Shown here: positions 7,991-14,251 of the stretch, piece by piece
Layout: each line of letters opens with the position of its first letter
Position numbering within the stretch: the stretch's first letter is position 1
NCBI GenBank assembly: GCA_031372565.1
Contig: JANMLN010000135.1
Location: forward strand, 1 to 14,251
DNA length: 14,251 nucleotides
From: Gemmatimonadota bacterium
GTDB lineage: Bacteria > Gemmatimonadota > Gemmatimonadetes > Gemmatimonadales > Gemmatimonadaceae
Reading direction: 5' to 3'
Notes under the pieces: generated by a model
Database searches by the model: none
The model's input: the letters and a program-made list of their open reading frames with translations, nothing else
Told to the model about the DNA's origin: nothing
Position numbers and translations under genes: made by a program

Positions 7991-8103
7991 GATGGCGCTG
8001 ACCGCCCCCGACCGCGTGCATCCAGCACACGGTGTTGAGACGTACGTGCCCTCAGGGGGTGCGCGCCGTCTCGTCGTTTTCCCCTTTCCCCGGTACTGAT
8101 CGC

Positions 8104-8610
8104 ATGCGCCTTCGAGTCCTCGCCACGTTCGTGCTCACCCTCGCCGCTGTGAACCCCGCTGAGGCGCAGGCGCCGTCACAGGTGACCTTCACCGGGTCGC
8201 CGCAGTCGTCGATTTCGTCCAACGTCGCGATTCCGGCGGGGCGCGCGTCGCTCTGGATTTCCGGCACGGTTCCGCAGATGGCCGACGCCAAGGCCCCCGA
8301 GGGATCGCGTGAACGGTGGGGGGATACCAAGGCGCAGGCGCGCACGATTCTCAAGCAGTTCGAGGCGCAGCTTGCGACCAAGGGACTCATGCTCAAGGAC
8401 GTCGTCTACATGCGCGTGTACATCGCGCCGGACAAGGCCAAGGGTGGGGCGTTCGACTTCAACGGCTGGTTCGAGGCATACGGCGAGTTCTTCGGCACCG
8501 CACAGAATCCGACCAAGACGGCGCGCTCGACGATCGGCGTTCCCGCGCTGGTCTCGCCCGACTGGCTGATCGAGATTGAAGCGTTCGCCGTCTATCCGGC
8601 GGATCGCTAG
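8104..8610 (+). CDS. RidA/YjgF/YER057c/UK114 family protein with signal peptide
   Basis: Motifs LWISGTVP, GDTKAQA, GLMLKDVVYMRVY, YGEFF, TARSTIGVPALVSPDWLIEIEA (catalytic Arg and C-terminal Glu present). Signal peptide MRLRVLATFVLTLAAVNPAEA-Q. Confidence 0.9.
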   Translation: MRLRVLATFVLTLAAVNPAEAQAPSQVTFTGSPQSSISSNVAIPAGRASLWISGTVPQMADAKAPEGSRERWGDTKAQARTILKQFEAQLATKGLMLKDVVYMRVYIAPDKAKGGAFDFNGWFEAYGEFFGTAQNPTKTARSTIGVPALVSPDWLIEIEAFAVYPADR

Positions 8611-8668
8611 CACTGTTCGCCCACCCCGTGCCCGGCCCCGCGTGGCCGATTCTCTGAGGTCCCGCAGC

Positions 8669-9148
8669 ATGCGCCGCACCGCCCGACTTGAGCGCCTCGT
8701 GGTCCTGACCGTGTTGCTTGCCCTCGGCGCCTGTGCCTCGGTCGGGGGCGGCCCCGCGCGGGGGGGCACGGCCGACGGCGTGAAGCTGTACCAGCGCCTG
8801 GGCGGCTACGACGCGTTGGCTGCCGTCACCGACGACCTGCTGGCGCGCGCGCTCGCAGACCCGGTGGTCGCACCATTCTTCAAGGGACTCGAACCGTGGC
8901 AGACACGGCGGGTGCGGCAGATGATCGTTGACCAGCTCTGTGAAGCGACCGGTGGTCCGTGTCTGTACGTGGGTCGGCCCATGGCGCTGGCACACGAACA
9001 GCTGCAGATCGACGAGAAGGCGTGGCAGGCGTTTGCCGGTCACCTGGTGGCGACGCTCACGCAGTTCAAGGTGCCGGACCGGGAGCAGCGTGAACTGCTC
9101 GAGATCGTCGGGTCGATGAAGAACGACATCATGCGCGGCGGCCACTGA
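8669..9148 (+). CDS. Group 1 truncated hemoglobin (trHbN-like), predicted lipoprotein
   Basis: Motifs LYQRLGG, DPVVAPFF (CD1 Phe), TGGPCLYVGRPM and proximal His in MALAH. Lipobox LGA-C follows a hydrophobic stretch. GAGGT Shine-Dalgarno at 8656-8660. Confidence 0.92.
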   Translation: MRRTARLERLVVLTVLLALGACASVGGGPARGGTADGVKLYQRLGGYDALAAVTDDLLARALADPVVAPFFKGLEPWQTRRVRQMIVDQLCEATGGPCLYVGRPMALAHEQLQIDEKAWQAFAGHLVATLTQFKVPDREQRELLEIVGSMKNDIMRGGH

Positions 9149-9164
9149 CGGCCGCCGCGCAGCC

Positions 9165-10046
9165 TCAGGGGATGCGCACCTTCACCCCTTGCTGCGCCGG
9201 GGCACCCGTCTTTCGTGCCCCCGGTTGCGCGTACGACCCCGGACCGCCTCCCATGCCTGGCTGCTTCAGCGGCTGCTGATCGTTGGACTGGGGCATGACG
9301 GGCATCGCGTTGTTCATGGGCGCCTGCCCCTGCACGTCGAACGTGTCGACGGTGGCCTGGAACTCGAGCGACTGGCCCCAGACGCGCTCCGCATTTTCCA
9401 GTACGGCGTACTGACGGAACTCCGCGGTGTTGATGTGGCGCGTTCGGCTCGGCGCGGCCTTCGGGAGTCCGGTCGAGTCGTTCAGCGCCTCCGTCTGCCA
9501 GCTCGTTGGTGCGCCCCACTCGGTGACCGTGATGCCGCTGGAATCGTTGCGGGTGACGGCCGCCCGTTCGGCTCGGAACACCTCGCCGCGCATCGGATCG
9601 ACGATGCCCACGTGGCGCACCAGGGTCATCGGCTCCCGCATGGACACCAGGAGCAGCGGATCACCGTCCTTGACCGGCAGCAATTCGAGTTGCTCGACCA
9701 GGAAATACTCCCGCATGATCTCCATTTTCTCGGCCTTCTTGATATCGTATCGCCAGAGCGCCTGTCCCGATCCGCGGTAGCCACCCGCCCCTCCGAACGT
9801 GGTGTACACGACCCACGTGCTCTCCGGGTTGATCCGCGCGACGCCCGTGGTCTCCTTGATGTGGAAGGAGATGCTGTCGTCGAGCGTGACGATCAGGTCG
9901 CACGGCGTGCAGGGCATGCGCTCGCTCGCGGCGAAGCGGATCGACGTGATCTTCTTGCCGGATTGCGGCGTGTCGTTGATGGCCTTGCAGGCCCCGGCCG
10001 CAAGGAGGAGCAACACGGGGGTCAGGACGACGCGCAGGAAACGCAT
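9165..10046 (-). CDS. Hypothetical lipoprotein
   Basis: 293 aa. MRFLRVVLTPVLLLLAAGA-C lipobox, beta-rich core, CTPC motif and a Pro/Gln/Gly/Met-rich tail. Protein-like composition; convergent with the hemoglobin gene. Confidence 0.75.
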   Translation of the reverse strand: MRFLRVVLTPVLLLLAAGACKAINDTPQSGKKITSIRFAASERMPCTPCDLIVTLDDSISFHIKETTGVARINPESTWVVYTTFGGAGGYRGSGQALWRYDIKKAEKMEIMREYFLVEQLELLPVKDGDPLLLVSMREPMTLVRHVGIVDPMRGEVFRAERAAVTRNDSSGITVTEWGAPTSWQTEALNDSTGLPKAAPSRTRHINTAEFRQYAVLENAERVWGQSLEFQATVDTFDVQGQAPMNNAMPVMPQSNDQQPLKQPGMGGGPGSYAQPGARKTGAPAQQGVKVRIP

Positions 10047-10276
10047 GCTGCGAAAGGTGTTGGACGGAGACGGGTGGGAATGGCGGCCGGCGGGCGACTG
10101 GGCCACTCCGTAAACGAACCGGGTGTGTCGGGGAGTTCAACCCCGAATGGACCGAAACGTCCGATTGCCGGGTGCGGTCGGGGGGGCGAGATTGGACAGA
10201 TCCGCCGCCGCGCCGTGCCCTCTCAAGGCCCGCGCGGCGCGCTTGTTCACGAGTTCTGACGACCATTCGCGCGCTG

Positions 10277-11176
10277 ATGCGACGCTGGAAAGACTATACC
10301 ATTCCGCAGACGGAGCGCCGGCACGATGTGCCGGCGACGCTCAAGGTTGTGGAGGGGGTTTGGAGCCCGCAGCTGCGCAACCGGCGCGACCTCGTGGTCT
10401 ATGTACCGCCCAGTTACGACCGGGATCCGGAGCGCCGATTCCCCGTCGTCTACATGCACGACGGGCAAAACGTGTTTGACCCGCACACGAGCTTCGCCGG
10501 ACACTGGCAGGTCGGGGGGGCGTTGGCATTCCATGCCCGGCGCGGACTCGAGGCGATCGTCGTCGCGATTCCGAACATGGGCGGCCAGCGATTGTCCGAA
10601 TACACGCCGCATGCCGACATGATTCGCGGCGGCGGTGACGGCGATCGCTACGTGGCCTTTCTGGTCGAGACGGTCAAACCGCTGATCGATCGCCGCATGC
10701 GGACCTTGCGCACCCCGGAGCACACGGCCGTCGTGGGTTCGTCGCTCGGCGGGCTGATTTCGTTGTATGCCCTCTTTCGGTCCCCGTGGACCTTCGGGAC
10801 GGCCGGGGTCCTGTCGCCGGCGCTCTGGTTCGCCGACGGTCGGATTTTCGACTACGTCCGGGAGCAGAAGCCGCCGGGCGGCCGCATCCATCTCGACATG
10901 GGGACGAGCGAAGGGCCGGATGCCCTCGAGGACACCCGCAACATGCGCGAACTCCTCACGGAGCGCGGGTTCATTCCCGGTGCGACGCTGTCGTACTTCG
11001 AGGACGTCGGCGCGCGGCACAATGAACGCGCCTGGGCGCGTCGCTTCCGCAAGTTGCTGCCGTTCCTGATCGGCGGTCCCTGCCCCGAAACGGGGCGCCG
11101 CAGCGGCGCCTTCAATTCCATGGACACGCCAACGTCCGAGTTCGCCGTGCTTCCGCGCGATGGGGCGGCCGGGTAG
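10277..11176 (+). CDS. Alpha/beta-hydrolase fold esterase (PF00756-type, Fes/IroE-like)
   Basis: Motifs RDLVVYVPPSY, FPVVYMHDGQNVFD, nucleophile elbow GSSLGG, SPALW, HLDMGTSE and catalytic His in ARHNERAW. No signal peptide. Confidence 0.9.
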   Translation: MRRWKDYTIPQTERRHDVPATLKVVEGVWSPQLRNRRDLVVYVPPSYDRDPERRFPVVYMHDGQNVFDPHTSFAGHWQVGGALAFHARRGLEAIVVAIPNMGGQRLSEYTPHADMIRGGGDGDRYVAFLVETVKPLIDRRMRTLRTPEHTAVVGSSLGGLISLYALFRSPWTFGTAGVLSPALWFADGRIFDYVREQKPPGGRIHLDMGTSEGPDALEDTRNMRELLTERGFIPGATLSYFEDVGARHNERAWARRFRKLLPFLIGGPCPETGRRSGAFNSMDTPTSEFAVLPRDGAAG

Positions 11177-11227
11177 GACGCCGCCTCCGTTTTCCGTCGG
11201 ACCCGGCTAGCTTTCTCCGGGTCTTTT
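11162..11227 (+). terminator. Two tandem hairpins with short U-tracts between the esterase and ATP-grasp genes
   Basis: Stem 1: 11162-11169 / 11180-11187, then TTTT at 11190-11193. Stem 2: GACCCGG (11200-11206) / CCGGGTC (11217-11223), then TTTT at 11224-11227. Confidence 0.4.
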
Positions 11228-11256
11228 CACAGCCAGCGAACAGGAACCGGGACTGT

Positions 11257-12204
11257 ATGGCGCAAGCGAAGAAGGTGGGGCTCGTCGTGGGGCGCGAGTG
11301 GTCGATGCCGCCGGCGCTGATCAAGGAGATCAACGATCGCGATCAGGGGGTGGTCTGCGACATCCCGAAGATCGGTACGCCGAGCGGAGCGCCCTCGCTC
11401 GACGGCGTGATCGGCTACGACGTGCTCGTCGACCGCATCTCGCACGAAGTCGGCATGTACCGGGCATTCCTCAAGCACGCGGTCATGCGCGGCGTTCGCG
11501 TCGTGAACAATCCGTTCATGTGGAGCGCGGACGACAAGTTCTTCGGCGCCACGCTGGCCGAGTCGCTGGGGGTGCGCAGCCCGAAGACGATGCTGCTGCC
11601 GAACCGCGAGTACGTGCCGGGCATCAAGCACGACGAGTCGCTGCGCAATCTCGTCTTCCCGCTGGACTGGCAGGCGGTCGTTGCGCACGTGGGGCTCCCC
11701 TGCATCCTCAAGGACGCCCACGGCGGCGGGTGGAAGGAAGTCTACGTCTGCCGCTCCCTCGAGGAGCTGATCCACAACTACAACACGTCCGGCCTCCTCA
11801 CGATGATCGCGCAGGAATTCATCGAGTGGGACGAGTTCGTGCGCTGCATGTGCATCGGGCAGCAGGAGATCCTGCCGATCAAGTATGACCCCAAGGCGCG
11901 CAAGTACCACGTGACCGACACCTTCCTCGCGCCCGCGATGCGTGAACGGATCATCGGGGATGCCCGGAAGCTCAATCAGGCGCTGGGGTACGACATGAAC
12001 TCGATGGAGTTCGCCGTGAAGGACGGCGTGCCCTACGCCATCGACTTCATGAACTGCGCGCCGGACATGGACATCTACTCGCTGACGCCGACCTACTTCG
12101 AGTGGACCGTGAAGGCGATGGCGGACATGCTGATCGCGCAGGCCACGTCGGGCGCCTCCGCACCGGCGAGCTGGCGCGGCTTCCTCGGCGGCCACAGCGC
12201 GTGA
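11257..12204 (+). CDS. ATP-grasp domain ligase (RimK/glutathione synthase-like fold)
   Basis: 315 aa. Motifs VDRISHE, VVNNPF...DDKF, SPKT, PCILKDAHGGGWKEV, AQEFI and MEFAVKDGVPYAIDFMN. Confidence 0.88.
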   Translation: MAQAKKVGLVVGREWSMPPALIKEINDRDQGVVCDIPKIGTPSGAPSLDGVIGYDVLVDRISHEVGMYRAFLKHAVMRGVRVVNNPFMWSADDKFFGATLAESLGVRSPKTMLLPNREYVPGIKHDESLRNLVFPLDWQAVVAHVGLPCILKDAHGGGWKEVYVCRSLEELIHNYNTSGLLTMIAQEFIEWDEFVRCMCIGQQEILPIKYDPKARKYHVTDTFLAPAMRERIIGDARKLNQALGYDMNSMEFAVKDGVPYAIDFMNCAPDMDIYSLTPTYFEWTVKAMADMLIAQATSGASAPASWRGFLGGHSA

Positions 12205-13565
12205 GCGACGCCGCGCTGACCCGCGCGATCGACGCATATCACGGCGGGCTCTCCGACGCGCTCGCGGCGGAGAGCTGGGGCTTTCTGGGTGACCAGCTCA
12301 CGAGGCGCGGGCTCTGGTTCGGCGAGCGCCCGCTGTGCAACGTGTTGCGGCCGCGCTTCCTGAGCGCGGCGGGCTATGACATCATGCGGCGCTCCACGAC
12401 GGCGTTGCTCGGCGCCTTCGATACGCTGTACACGGCCGCGTTGCGCGATGCGACGGTCCGCGCGCAGTTCAGGCTGACGCCGATCGAGGAGCAGCTCGTC
12501 ACGGAGGACCACGGGCTGCACCAGGGGAGCATCCTGTCGCGCCTCGATGCGTTCTTCACCGAGGACGGGCAGGGGGTTCGCTTCACCGAGTACAACGCCG
12601 AGACGCCGGCGGGCGCCGCGTATGGCGACGTCCTGACCGAGCTGTTCCAGGCGATGCCCGCGATGCGCGGCTTTCAGCGCGCGTGGCGCACCACGCCGAT
12701 GCCGGCGCGTCATCACACCGTGAATGCGCTGCTCGATGCCTTCGCGAGCTGGCGTGGCACGCGTGAGCAGCCACGCGTGGTCATTCTCGACTGGAAGGAA
12801 GTGCCGACGTTCCACGAGTTCCTGCTCTTCCAGCAGTTCTTCGAGGGGCTGGGCATCTCGTGCGTGATTGCCGATCCGCGTGACTGCGAGTATCGGGGCG
12901 GCGTGCTGTACGCCGACGGACACGCCGTGAACCTGATCTACAAGCGCGTCCTGATCTCGGAACTCCTCGAGCGGGGGGGCGGACTCGACCAGCCGGTCGT
13001 GCGGGCCGTGCGCGAGCGCGCCGCGTGCCTGGTGGATGGCTTCCGCTGCAAGATGCTGCACAAGAAGGCGTCGCTTGCCGTCCTGTCGGACGAGCGCAAC
13101 GCCCATCTGTTCAGCGCCACAGAATTGCGGACGATCCGCGACACCGTGCCCTGGACCCGGGTGGTCGAGGAGCGCCGAACAACGACGCATTCTGACACGG
13201 TCGACCTGATTCCCTACATCCACGCGCACCGCGAACGGATGGTGCTCAAGCCGAACGACGAGTACGGCGGTGCCGGGATTGTCCTCGGGTGGGAAGTGGA
13301 CGATACCCAGTGGGCGGCGGCGGTCGGCACGGCGCTTGCATCACCCCATGTCGTGCAGGAGCGCATTCATCTCCCGAGCGAACCGTTCCCCAGCGCCGTC
13401 GACGGCCGTCTGGAGATCGCCGGTCGGATCGTGGATACGGCCCCCTTCTGCTTTCAGGGCACGTACACGGATGGCTGTTTGTCCCGGATCTCCACGGCCG
13501 CGCTGGTGAATGTCACGGCGGGTGGCGGATCCACGGTTCCCACTTTCATAGTCGAGCCACGATGA
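12201..13565 (+). CDS. Circularly permuted ATP-grasp ligase (CP_ATPgrasp / glutathionylspermidine synthase-like fold)
   Basis: GTG start overlaps the upstream TGA (GTGA). The RLD...[11 protein letters not shown] metal-binding motif lies N-terminal to [27 protein letters not shown] and VVQE, which is the permuted order. C-terminal SR...VNV...GG motif. Confidence 0.88.
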   Translation: MSDAALTRAIDAYHGGLSDALAAESWGFLGDQLTRRGLWFGERPLCNVLRPRFLSAAGYDIMRRSTTALLGAFDTLYTAALRDATVRAQFRLTPIEEQLVTEDHGLHQGSILSRLDAFFTEDGQGVRFTEYNAETPAGAAYGDVLTELFQAMPAMRGFQRAWRTTPMPARHHTVNALLDAFASWRGTREQPRVVILDWKEVPTFHEFLLFQQFFEGLGISCVIADPRDCEYRGGVLYADGHAVNLIYKRVLISELLERGGGLDQPVVRAVRERAACLVDGFRCKMLHKKASLAVLSDERNAHLFSATELRTIRDTVPWTRVVEERRTTTHSDTVDLIPYIHAHRERMVLKPNDEYGGAGIVLGWEVDDTQWAAAVGTALASPHVVQERIHLPSEPFPSAVDGRLEIAGRIVDTAPFCFQGTYTDGCLSRISTAALVNVTAGGGSTVPTFIVEPR

Positions 13566-14251
13566 GCGCGCACTTTCGACGGCCGAGCATTGGCGTCTCC
13601 ACGCAGACGCTGCACTCGATCGACCACATTCCGGCGGGCTTGCCGCAGTCGTGGGTCATGAACCAGCGATACCTGATGGCGGTGTCGGTGGTCGGCGGCG
13701 TCCCGCTGATGATTCCGCTGTACGATGACGATCTCGATACGCTGCGCGAGATCTACGATCGGCTGGACGGCGTGCTGGTACCGGGCGGGGTGGACATGAA
13801 CCCGACCTCGTACGGGGAGCACAAGTCCGAGCTGTGCGGCGCACTCGATCCGGCGCGCGACCGGGTCGAGTTGCAGCTCGTGCGGTGGGCGGTCGCCGAC
13901 AAGAAGCCGGTGCTGGGCCTGTGCCGGGGGCTGCAGGTGATCAATGTGGCCATGGGTGGGACGCTCTACCAGGACCTCGAGGCGCAGTATCCCGGCGCGA
14001 TGAAGCACGACTATTTCCCGACGATGGGTTTCGAGCGCGATCACCTCGCGCACACGGTCGAGATTGCGGCGGGGAGCCGGTTGCACTCGCTGCTCGAGGA
14101 GCACGACGTCCGGGTCAACTCGATGCATCACCAGGGGATCAAGCTGCTGGCCCCGGCGCTGGTGGCGTCGGCCATCGCGCCCGACGGGCTCATCGAGGGG
14201 GTCGAGAGCGCGGACGACCACTTCCTGGTGGGGGTGCAGTGGCATCCGGAG
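13562..14251 (+). CDS. Gamma-glutamyl-gamma-aminobutyrate hydrolase family protein (PuuD-like, peptidase C26, class I glutamine amidotransferase fold); 3'-truncated by the window
   Basis: Translated by hand from ATG 13562 (ATGA overlap): [14 protein letters not shown]...LDGVLVPGGVDMNP...RDRVE...PVLGLCRGLQVINVAMGGTLYQD...VNSMHHQG...APDGLIEGVE...VGVQWHPE. The Cys-His-Glu triad is intact. Absent from the ORF track because there is no stop in the window. Confidence 0.95.
   Translation, partial: MSAHFRRPSIGVSTQTLHSIDHIPAGLPQSWVMNQRYLMAVSVVGGVPLMIPLYDDDLDTLREIYDRLDGVLVPGGVDMNPTSYGEHKSELCGALDPARDRVELQLVRWAVADKKPVLGLCRGLQVINVAMGGTLYQDLEAQYPGAMKHDYFPTMGFERDHLAHTVEIAAGSRLHSLLEEHDVRVNSMHHQGIKLLAPALVASAIAPDGLIEGVESADDHFLVGVQWHPE

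Noticed and set aside
10128..10146. Inverted repeat TCGGGG-N7-CCCCGA in the divergent promoter region
   Set aside because: Short and GC-rich, with no second copy seen; not distinguishable from chance.

Overview
GC-rich bacterial window. Gene content and style suggest Gemmatimonadota or a similar lineage, but that is inference only. From left to right it contains: a terminator-like hairpin; a decayed GNAT acetyltransferase (frameshift plus lost stop); a SET-domain methyltransferase (-); an exported M20 amidohydrolase (-); a lipoprotein with an apparent NTF2-like plus beta-barrel fusion; an exported PQQ dehydrogenase; an orphan KdpD-like sensor kinase; a signal-peptide RidA-family protein; a lipoprotein group 1 truncated hemoglobin; and an unknown lipoprotein (-). 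The right end holds the most interesting unit: alpha/beta-hydrolase esterase, ATP-grasp ligase, circularly permuted ATP-grasp ligase and a PuuD-like gamma-glutamyl hydrolase (peptidase C26). The last three genes are translationally coupled. The C26 gene is truncated by the window edge and missing from the ORF track. This looks like an uncharacterised amide/gamma-glutamyl ligation and removal system. No rRNA, tRNA, CRISPR array or mobile element was recognised. All family assignments come from motif recognition by eye, not from database searches.
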